Part shown: positions 25,667 to 36,875 of the stretch, one piece after another
Layout: each line of letters opens with the position of its first letter
How positions within the stretch are numbered: the stretch's first letter is position 1
NCBI GenBank assembly: GCA_903813345.2
Contig: CAIIXF020000001.1
Location: 13,454,001 to 13,518,000 of the forward strand
Direction: 5' to 3'
DNA from: Owenia fusiformis
Taxonomy: Eukaryota
Length of the DNA stretch: 64,000 nucleotides
Notes under the pieces: model-generated
What the model saw: only the letters and a program-made list of their open reading frames with translations
Databases searched by the model: none
Told to the model about the DNA's origin: nothing
Translations under genes and position numbers: made by a program

Positions 25667-26753
25667 TTTATCCCATACTTGGACGTGTTACAGGTACATA
25701 AAGCCGGTTTGTAAAAACTTATATTTTCATCAGCGGGCAGATATAGCTTTACGTCCCGCTCCGAGCGGGCAGATATAGTATATCTGCCTGCTACGTCATA
25801 ATCGCTGTTCCCGTATTGATTCTTTTTTTGTAACGTTCTCATACTGTAAACGACAATGGAGAAAAACGCAGACAATCGCAATCTGTTTGATGCTTTTAAG
25901 AAGGGAAGGAGCAGTATGCCCCATTAATAATCAAAGATTTGAACAGGAAAATCCGGCTACGGACAATAATACAAAACTGGACATGAATATTTTAGAATAA
26001 TTCCACGGTTGGTTGCAAAGTTTCTGAACTGTGGCCAATTGAACAATGTGATTGGTATGGGATAAACAGATCATCCTATAGTCGGTTCAGGATATTGGGA
26101 TTATCCTTTGGCCAATATAACATATCTACCCTCGGGACCTACGGCCCTCGGGCAGATATATTATATTGGCCTCGGGATAATCCAAATATCCTGATCCTCA
26201 TATAGGATAATCTCTATTTATCCCATACTTGGACGTGTTACAGGTACATAAAGCCGGTTTGTAAAAACTTATATTTTCATCAGCGGGCAGATATAGCTTT
26301 ACGTCCCGCTCTGAGCGGGCAGATATAGTATATCTGCCCGCTACGTCATAATCGCCGCTCGCATATTTGTTCATAATTTGTAACGTTCGCGTAATGACTG
26401 TAAACGACAACGGCGATCTGTTTGATGGTTTAAAAAATGGAAGGAGCATTCACTTAAAAAATTCGAGAAAATAAATGTGGGAATATTTGAGAGAACAAAA
26501 AAATCCGCCCACGGCCAAGAAAACAAAACTGGACATGACTATTCTAGAATATTTCCACGATTGAACAATGTGAACCAGATGACCAAGATTGGTATGGGAT
26601 AAACATATTATCCTATAGTCGGTTCAGGATATTCGGATTATCCCTTGGCCAATATAATATATTTTCCCTCGGGACCTGCGGCCCTCGGGCAAATATATTA
26701 TATTAGCCTCGGGATAATCCCAATATCCTGAACCTCATATAGGATAATCTCTA
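25667..26753. mobile_element. Head-to-tail dimer of a ~545-bp hairpin-ended non-autonomous element (Crypton-like or rolling-circle type)
   Basis: Copies at 25667-26216 and 26217-26753. Each has a TTTATCCCATAC...GTATGGGATAAA internal inverted repeat and a ~130-bp terminal palindrome around CCCTCGGGACCT.CGGCCCTCGGG. No TSD seen; a degenerate fragment lies near 42590. Confidence 0.7.
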
Positions 26754-28268
26754 TATATCTAATTTACCCTGTGCGCACAGTCTAGTTACCCTCTGCCTTA
26801 TATAGACAATATTTACAGCCCCGTCCCAAAGATTGGTGACTGTGACAGCCCGGGTTATAAATCATTTCAAATATACCATGTTGACCCTTTCTCAACCAAT
26901 CAGCGAAGTGGAAGGAACACATGCTAAATAAGTTCTCATTAACTATGCAGTGATGTCAGAGGTAATGACCACATAGAAAGTTGTCCGTATTTCGACGACG
27001 AACTCTGATTGGCTCTGTGAGATCAGAGATTTATTGTAAACTGAAAGAGTGAAGACGAAGCTCTCTTTTAATAAGTGAAGTCAAATGAATGCAAAGGGTG
27101 TATCCAATTCTGGCTTTTAATTCCAGAAATTGATTCCAGGAACAGAAGGTTAGCATCTTTAAGATCATCAATAAATCACAAGTTGAACGTACTGTACCTG
27201 AAGATAAGAGAAATGCTTCTAGGAACTAATAACTATAGATTACCAAGAAATAATGCCACATATTTCCAATGAATATGCAATGACTCGGCTACACCTCACT
27301 AACTTGCATAATTTTCTTCCTAAATGTGATCAAAATCAACTTTATTGATTTTTAAACAATATATTATTTAGACGTTGCCATGGCAATTATGTGGTCAGCT
27401 GAACACATCTAAGCAAATATCTCTTTCTCTCTCTTTGAATCATATTTTCCTTTATCTCAAATACAGTCTATAAATGACATTCCATTTTCCATGTAGGAAG
27501 AACAGTTAGAAACCAACAATGAAGTAGACTAAAGGGCAAAACAGCTTTTTTATTTAGATTATTACTCAAATTATTGTAACATGAATTACCTTAAAGAAAC
27601 ACTGTTTACATAAAGAGTTTTTTTATTTGAGTTTTTTCAAACATTTATGATTTGATATAAAAATAAAAAATTGATGTATAACACATCAGAATTGGTTGAT
27701 AAAATAAACAACAAAATTAAAACCCAAACAATATGATATTATTAAGCATAGAACTATTGTTTATTTCCAATTATATATTGTCATATTTGTACATCATTAC
27801 ATTATTAAGTAAAATAGTACATGTATTAGAATAATATGTGTCACCAATATGTCATTTTATTAAATCAGAGAGTCGATATAATGTCCAACTTTCAGTAACA
27901 TGTGTGAATAATATAACATCAGAGGACAATGAAATGCAACAGGTAAATGTACCTTTATTGAAAAACAGGTATTAACAATAAAATTGATCTATTTCCAAAG
28001 GAGACGGAAATAATATGCACAAAAGGTCTTTAAATTCAGACAGAAATTTTGAAAAGGTTGCTCTCTGTGTGATCAACCTTTTAATTTAATATGTTTTATT
28101 AAATGGTTTTGTTTTCTTGAATGAGTTTGAATTAAGATGATTTCCCTGCATCATTTACCATCAGAATTATGATTGATGAGTTTTTGATAACATTTGTAGA
28201 ATTTTAATATTAGCTATTTAATTTAAAGATAATCTGGTATGGAGACAAAGTACTTCTATATGCATATA

Positions 28269-28455
28269 CAGTAGAAACTGTCGAATTTGAACGCCATTGG
28301 AACTGGCAAAAAGCATTGAAATTAGCAGGTGTTCACATTTCAAGGTTTTCTAAATATGGGAGTCAATGGGAGACAACAAATTTGGAACCAAGAAAAAGTG
28401 TTCACATTGAGAGGCGTTCGGATTAGAGACTTGTTCAGATGTACAGGTTTCACTG
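28269..28455. mobile_element. pogo/Tigger-like MITE
   Basis: TA|CAGTAGAAACTGT ... ACAGGTTTCACTG|TA. Confidence 0.75.
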
Positions 28456-29532
28456 TATTGAACTTTATAAGAATAATAGATAAACCACAATGTGTATTAC
28501 CAGATAGCATCAAAACAATTATTTTTTATAAGATGTTTTTTTGTTGTTGTAGCGTTTAATAATTCATGACATCATCATAACATTACAATAAATATACAAT
28601 AAATGTACAATATATCATGGCCATTCGCCTTCCAATTGTAGGGCTATGAAATTCACAATAGCATATCTTTTTCTTTTATGGATGTTAGAGAACCTGTACT
28701 GCAACCATGCATTCGATGGATGATTTACTTCATAATTCTAATTGCTTAATACAATAATATTTTGTCAATTTTGCCATTTTCTGTAGTATTGTGAGTATAA
28801 CCTCCCAAAATCTTGTTGATCAGATCTCAAAATTACATTCTTTATGAACAGAGATCGAACAGCATTTCCCTTGACTTGAATGTTGTCATATACACAATTA
28901 ATCCCACAAAGATTGATCTTTATCAATACAAAAATGTTGAAACAGCTAGATGCTGTATTAATTGCATATACCGTACATATAAGTTTATGTGGGTAGAGTT
29001 TTACCACCAACTGTTCAGTTCTGCATTTGAATAAGATTAAGCCACCATGACAGGCTGTGTTAAAAAATGAGGGTGCCTCGACATTCAACAGACACAAGTC
29101 AATAGTTATTTTGTTTTTGGAATAAAGAATTGTAATAACAGGATGGATATTTCAGATTATGGTTGAATAATTGCATTAATGGAAAGATCATTGTCAATAA
29201 AGAAGTTTGTTAGACATGGATGATCAATTTAAGACTTAATTACTTTATAATTACATATAAGTGCAATATATATTAAAAATATACTTAAGAATCCGATCAA
29301 CAATTCCAAAATACCTCCTTAAATGATTCATAATTCACCTCTGAATTGAAAGCATATGGACCTCTTTTTCCCATGTCAGGTATAAATCAAACATGACTGC
29401 TCATCATAACATGTTGTAACAAATAGATTGAAAAGATTTTGAGGATGATATATAAGATGTTCACACTGATGATTTCAACATGATGGAAAATATTTATTTC
29501 AGTTTATTTATGCTAAATTTGACATGTTTCAG

Positions 29533-30735
29533 ATGTTTGACACAAAGGCGGACATGATGCTCCACAGTCAGCACGTTCACAAGCAAGACCCAAGACCATA
29601 CAAGTGTCAAACATGCACAAAAAGTTTCGCAAATTCCTCCTATCTCTCCCAACACAATCGTATTCATCTGGGTATTAAGCCATATGGCTGTCGAATCTGT
29701 GACCGCAAGTTCACGCAGCTATCACACATGCAGCAGCATCTTCGGACCCACACAGGGGAGAAGCCGTACAAATGCCAACATCCAGGCTGTGTGAAATCCT
29801 TCTCTCAGCTTTCTAATTTACAATCACATTCACGCTCTCATATGACGGATAAGCCATACCGTTGTAATTCTTGTTACAAGTGCTTTACTGATGAGGTTGG
29901 CCTAAGAGAACACATCCCAAAGCATGCCAACACCAAGCTCCTAAAGACTCATATTTGCCAGGTCTGTGGGAAATCATATACCCAGGCTATATTTCTGGAG
30001 CGACACATGCAGAAACATTCATTTGGTAGCAATGGCCCTCGAAGGAATAGTGCCCCTCCACAAGGAACCCCTCTTCAGGAACATCACCAAGAGAATCATC
30101 CTGAGCATCATCAGGAGCAACAACATCATCAGGATCCACATCAAGAGCAGCAGCCGTCACATCTTGATCCTAATCACCATCAGTCCCAGGGGCTCATCAA
30201 GCAAGAGTCATTTGACTCTGGGAAGTCCGACGCCAGTAATGGTGGTGCACATACAAGCCCTAAACATTCGGCATTCAATTCTGTGCAGCCCCAGCAACAA
30301 TACTCACATGTACCTCATATACCTAACACAACTGCGCATACTGCATATACCTCATTTGGCCTCCCACCACCTCGTGTGCCTCACACAAATACCTCAATGA
30401 ATCCCTCAGCCCTGCCAAACATCTCCTCCCTTGCAGGTGCCATGCCTTATTTCCCTTATGACCCAACTGGTTTCCGCCCGATGGAGCCAGAGCGCCCTCT
30501 AGTGACCAGGGAGAGCATGCTCGCTAGCACTCTACTCCGACAAAATCCAGAGCCACTGAGAAATGACCACCTCAATTCCCGCGAGGGGATGATAGCCAGT
30601 AGTTTGCTGCGCCTACATGACATCAAGAACTATACAAGCCATCACATCCCTAGTATGATGGCACATGCCCATCCTGATTCACACTCACCGATACCTAATA
30701 ACAAAGATCTCGGAAAACGTGAAGAGTACCACTAA
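29533..30735 (+). CDS. rn: Gene 2 terminal exon: zinc finger protein rotund / LIN-29 / ZNF362-ZNF384 family transcription factor (six C2H2 fingers; ~505-537 aa depending on start)
   Basis: Family-diagnostic array FANSSYLSQH..HLGIKPY..RKFTQLSHMQQH..HTGEKPYKCQHPGC..FSQLSNLQSHSR..DKPYRCNSCYKCF..EHIPKH..LKTHICQVCGKSYTQ..HMQKH, followed by a His/Gln/Pro-rich tail; TTTCAG| phase-0 acceptor. Confidence 0.95.
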   Translation: MFDTKADMMLHSQHVHKQDPRPYKCQTCTKSFANSSYLSQHNRIHLGIKPYGCRICDRKFTQLSHMQQHLRTHTGEKPYKCQHPGCVKSFSQLSNLQSHSRSHMTDKPYRCNSCYKCFTDEVGLREHIPKHANTKLLKTHICQVCGKSYTQAIFLERHMQKHSFGSNGPRRNSAPPQGTPLQEHHQENHPEHHQEQQHHQDPHQEQQPSHLDPNHHQSQGLIKQESFDSGKSDASNGGAHTSPKHSAFNSVQPQQQYSHVPHIPNTTAHTAYTSFGLPPPRVPHTNTSMNPSALPNISSLAGAMPYFPYDPTGFRPMEPERPLVTRESMLASTLLRQNPEPLRNDHLNSREGMIASSLLRLHDIKNYTSHHIPSMMAHAHPDSHSPIPNNKDLGKREEYH

Positions 30736-33700
30736 GTATACAAGTAATGAAGTATGACAGGCTTAGCATAATCAATATTGAAGCATAATTCCATGCTTAT
30801 TTTTTCTTTTTATTCTTCTTTTGACATTTTTCAGTAATTGTTTTGAATATCATATTGACACCCATGTTTTGGGACTTCTTTTTGTGAACATTATCAATGT
30901 GAACTCTTACCTCATTCTAGGAGTGTTCATTTAAGAAGATCTTATAACAGACTATTATGTTACTAGGTCCCATACAGGAGATTCTTCGATGTATGAATTA
31001 TTAAATAATGAAATAGTATTAAGATAATGACGTTTGATGCAAAGGACTTGCTCACTTATTGTGGTAAAGATAAATGTTGACATGTATATTAGATCATCAT
31101 GTATTATATTCGACATTACACTGGTGTATATAAAATTAAAATCTGCAAAGATGGATTAAGAAATTGGAATGGGTTATCATAAGAGTTAGAGTGATCCAAT
31201 CCATGGTTCCAAAATCCCAATACGCATTTTATGTGCTACTTTATGTAAAGTACAATTTCTTTATTATATGTACAGTGTACATGTTTATGTATTAATGTTG
31301 ACATTTTCGTTGTCATATTTTTCTCTGCTAAAAATCTCAGGTAATTAATATTTTAGGTATTTGGGTTTACAAATATTTTCAGTTGGATTTTTCCTGCAAA
31401 ACTGAATATTTTCTGGTTATAACAACACACTAATGTGTAAAATGTAAATGTTTTGTATCCATACAGGGTGCTTCATTATTAGCGGACACCAGCTCACAAT
31501 GTTATGCATTCAATTAAATATTAAAAAAATTACAGTAGCTTAATTTAGAATTTGACTTCTCAAAATTTATAAAATATTTTTCAAGAAAGTGTAAAGATGT
31601 AAAATAGATATATATGAATACTGAACAGTTTAGATATGCACATATATTTTGACCTATTTTGTGCATTTTGAATTTAACTAGAAAAGATTAGCTTGGAACA
31701 TTTTGATGTATTAACGCAAGAAGGAAGTGTTTTGTATATAGTAAAATTCACTTGTTATGTATCTATATAATATCATATATATGTAACAGTATTTTTGTAA
31801 TGTTTATATTGATACCATATGTGATATGGTCATGTTCTGATATTGACTGTACCATATGCAATAGTAACAGTAGTTGGTATAAATATGTTAGATATTAGAA
31901 CTGAGTTGACTGTGCCATATTTTAAGGAACGTATGAATTTATTCAACTTAATATTTGCCAATAGGATATACACTTTTTGGCAGTTTTATTCTGATTTTAG
32001 TTTTCATTATAGAAATATAGCCAAAATGATGAAGCCATATTTTTGCATATGTGAATAGGGCATCTAGCCTTGATGTAAAATGTGCCATGGGAAATAGTTG
32101 ACTTTATCAAACGTCACACATTTATTGTTTGATATATTTAAAAAGGATTTAATTGCCAAAAATGAAATGTGCCATTTCAACAAAATGGAGCACAGGTATA
32201 TATATAGTTCTAAGCTATTATGATATTTACTCATTTATGCTATTTTTAACTCTGTAACACCTGTGCCCCACCCTGTACATTTACTTGCAATATTGCATTT
32301 TGTGAATTATGAACTTACAACATTATTTTGAAGTTAGTTGAAGTGTACATATTCAGTGACATATGCATACCAGAATACAACCCTGTATTGGAATACAACT
32401 GCATATGGAAATACAACAGTGTGAGTTTATGCATGTAGATTGAAATACAATGGTATAAAATTATACATATCGGAATACAGGGTACATATGAATTCCATAG
32501 ATATAACATAGAAATAGTTTGCTAACAGAAGTATTTCCATTGGCTTGATCAGTCTTAGAATGAACATAGATTTTGATACTTATTTGTGAAAACCAAGCCA
32601 TATTTTATGAAACAAAAACATCTCTAATCCATTTTTCATGAAGATGAACACTTCTAATAAAAACACTATAAGTACATTCTTCATCCTTCAAGACAACAAC
32701 ATATACATATGTTTGAGGTAGTTTTGCATTGGTGCAATAAATACAGTAAAACCTGTGAAAGTGGACCATATTTGGTACCTGCAATGCAATTTCCTTTTAC
32801 ATTGTATATTAATTATAACATGTATGATATGCTGTGTCATGTAACATTGGATTGCTTTAACACAAAAATGCTTAATATATTATTAAAGTGTATTTGTGTC
32901 AAAGATGTTACTAGTAAGTCTGATTGGTGTTACTAAAATGAAATAACTACATGATCAACTTAACTTGGCAATGTTTATATTAAAATATGAGATATAATCA
33001 TATAACATTCAACTAAGAGTGAGATCTGAACATATAAGAATCTCCCTCCTTTTCCCCATTTTGGGAATATACTATTAGGTACCAAAAGAAAATGCTTTTA
33101 CAGCATAACCATAGTAACATCTGATGCATAATAACAAATGTATGTCTAGCACATGAGCTCAAGAAAACATGGACAAATATGTAACTGATTTGATTCCTTA
33201 TATTCTAAAGCTGTGGCTGTAAAGAATGACTGTAGAGCCTCCAATTCAATACTATTCAGCAGTAGATTTACTGAACTGATTTTGTATGTTTGTATGCAAT
33301 TTCCAACTTTAGTTTTACTTATTTCCAAATGTGGCTTAAGCAGTCTAGGACACAGTTGCAAGGAATGCCTCATCTTGATGATCCATGCTTGATGATTTCT
33401 TGAAGATATGTCATAGACTGTACCCAATCTACCTCAAGTTACACAACTCTCTACAATGGATTTCAAAGGACATTTTCCCCAAAAATTTGGTTTTTAATCT
33501 TTTATTTAAAAGGTGCCACTTCAATTATTGCTTTATTACTTTATTTTACTTTACTATATACATTTTAATATAATCTTTATGTGCATTTATTTGCTTCATA
33601 TAAAAATGTATTATTTTGAATTTAAACTACAAATGAATTGTTCATTTGAGTGAAATAGTGTCTGATCTGAATGACTTTTCAACAGAACTTAAAAGGTTTC

Positions 33701-35269
33701 TTCAATTGTCATCTTAATTGTCACCTTTTATTTAAGGTCCTTATTTATAATGAGATTTTTGTCAAATTATATATATCTTTCACTGCTTGCCTTATATTTT
33801 TCTATTTGTAAACCATATCTTAAGGTGGGAAACAAATGTGGGACCTATTTGTGAGTTACGAGTTCATATGGGTGATTATTTGACCCACCTTAAGTTTCAT
33901 AAATTGTTTAGTATATTATCATGATTGTTGTAATACAAGGACATCAAATAGATGGCATAACACTCAGTGATTGTAAACAAAAAGTATTAATCTTATCTAA
34001 AAAATATCAAGGATTTAGGAAATGATTAACATGTAAGAACAGAATTATGAAGAGAAAATAGTTATTGGTTCAATTAATGTTCGGAGTAATTAGTTAAAGC
34101 AGAATACAGAAAATGGGACGAGTGATGTGCCGTCTATAGGGATCATCCTCAATAAGCTTTTCTGCTTGATTCATCATTTGTACTTTTACTTGTATCTACT
34201 GTTTTATAACATTCATCAATTTTATTGTTATTAGAAACTAAAATACTACACTGTGCCTTTGTATCGAAATATCTCCATGACAATTTTAAAGTACTAATCT
34301 TATAAGAAATGTTGTTAATGTTCTGATGTTGATTACATTCTACATTTTCATAATAAATTAACTGTAAATAAAATGAATACTCCATGAATAGATAATTCAA
34401 GAAGATGTGGAGTATAACTGAAAAAAAATTGTTGTATCCTTGTATTTTAAGCTCACATATTATATCACAAGTTTATGTATAAAACTTATTTTTCTTTACA
34501 TGTATCATATATATAAAGAGCTGTATATTTTGCTTGAACACTTATTCTCCCAGCACGATTATTGTAAAAGAGGTGCTCTTAGGGATATATGGTATACTTT
34601 AACATTGCAATAAATATAATAGATTTAATATCTTAGAATTGGAGTTAGTATTTGAATTTATTACATTCCATATAATAATAGGATTTATTAGTACCGATGC
34701 CCTTTTAGTGAAGCGATTGCATTAAGAAGTGTGGTAGTGATCTACAGGCTTATATTGATTCTTAATATGGTAATGTTTTCAATATTCCAATGTCTTCAAT
34801 TGACCATTTTCTTTATAGATATATAGAGATGGATTAATACGTAGATCTGTGAGTGTTGGTAGAGCTAGAATACCATTACAAGGATACAGAGAAGTAGCAG
34901 AAAATCAAATATTTCCATTTGGATTCATGTGAAACTCAATTGGCATGTAACTATGTGATCTTATTGACATGTGGATTTTGATTTAACATTAAAATTATGA
35001 CCCTTGAAAGAGTAAATGGATATTTTAAACTCTCAACATTGGGTTAATGGGGATTTAGCCCGACCTTTTTCAGAAAACTTGAAAATCCTGGAAGTTTGAA
35101 TAAAGGTAAATAACTGTGCAAATCAAAGTTGTTTATTTGTCCTATCCATAAGGTAGTAATCACTAGTATGGCTAACAGTATTCAATATTTGATACCACAG
35201 CGAATGATCCATTCTCAAACCATTGGAAATAAGCATTCCAAATACCATAGGAAATGATGATTTTCAGTT

Positions 35270-36500
35270 CTTCTATGAATGGCAATTACCAATACAACAT
35301 TGAATGACAATTTCTAATAGTACTATGAGTGACAATTACCAATACCACTTTAAATGACCATTCCCAATACCACTCTGAATCACAATTACCGATGCTACTT
35401 TAAATGACCATTCCCAATACCATTATGAATGACAATTACCAATGTCACTTTAAATGACCATTCCCAATACCATTATGAATGACAATTACCAATGTCACTT
35501 TAAATGACCATTCCCAATACCACTATGAATGACAATTTCCAATACCACTTTAAATGACCATTCCCAATACCACTGTGAATGACAATTACCAATACCACTT
35601 TAAATGAACAATTTCACTCTGAATCACAATTACCAATGTCACTTTAAATGACCATTCCCAATACCACTATGAATGACAATTACCAATGCCACTTTAAATG
35701 ACCATTCCCAATACCACTATGAATGACAATTACCAATGCCACTTTAAATGACCATTCCTAATACCATTATGAATGGCAATTACCAATGCCACTTTAAATG
35801 ACCATTCCCAATACCACTATGAATGACAATTACCAATGCCACTCTGAATAAAAATTATCAATATAAAGGACAATTTCAAATACCACTATGAATTACAATT
35901 CCGAATAGCACTCTGAAATGTCAATTGCTAATGCCACTATGAATGACAATCACACCACCTTGAGGGGCTATTCTCAATACCAACCTGAATGAAAATTATT
36001 AATACCAGCGTGAATAACAATTACCAATACCGCTCTGAATTACAATAACTCCACTATGAGGGGCAATTACCAATACCGCTTTAAGTGACAATCACCAATA
36101 CCATGAATGACAATTACCTATACCTCTCTGAATGACAATTACCAATACCTGACAAGTTGCAATACCACTATGAATTGCAATTCTGAATATCACTCTGAAT
36201 GACAATCACACCACCACTCTGAGAAGCGATTCCCAATACCACTTCATGTGAGAATTACCGTACCAATACCACTATGAATGACAATTACCAATACCACTCT
36301 GAATGACAATTTCAAATATCAGTCTGACCAATACAACATTGAATAACAATTCTCAATACCACTCTGAACGACCAACACGGCAATTACCCACTATGAACAC
36401 AGATGACAGAATTTTTCTTGGAAAATACCTCCTAAAGATTCTGATATCCAAATTCTGATATCTGTGAATGAATACCAATTCCCAATACCACTTTGAATGA
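35270..36500. repeat. 25-bp satellite with a 50-bp higher-order dimer core
   Basis: Alternating AATACCACTATGAATGACAATTACC / AATGCCACTTTAAATGACCATTCCC units, degenerate toward the edges. Confidence 0.95.
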
Positions 36501-36875
36501 CAATATAATTTACGCCCTGTGATATCAAATAAAACGTGTCTACCTTTTCTACTACCTTTTTACATTGGTACACGGGCGATTAGAAGATTAGGGTATATTT
36601 TTGACACATACGAAAATAAAGATAAACAAATGAACGCCATATCAATTACATGTGCTGCCATCTAGGGAGAAGAGTTGCTCATGAAAAAGGTAAAAATAAA
36701 TAATTACTTTTTCACCTCTCAAATATCGAATGATTCCCTATTTACAGTAGCCCAAAAAGGATAACATAAACATATTGAATTATTTCAAAAGATATAGTTA
36801 TTTTGGTATTTCCATGATAGTAAATTGGCATATCTAATATGCAGATAAAAAATTATAATTTTTCAATGAGCTCTA

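Noticed and set aside
29966-30400. 144-aa overlapping ORF within the rotund terminal exon (likewise 51134-51595 in gene 3)
   Set aside because: Shadow frames of low-complexity coding sequence with no independent features.
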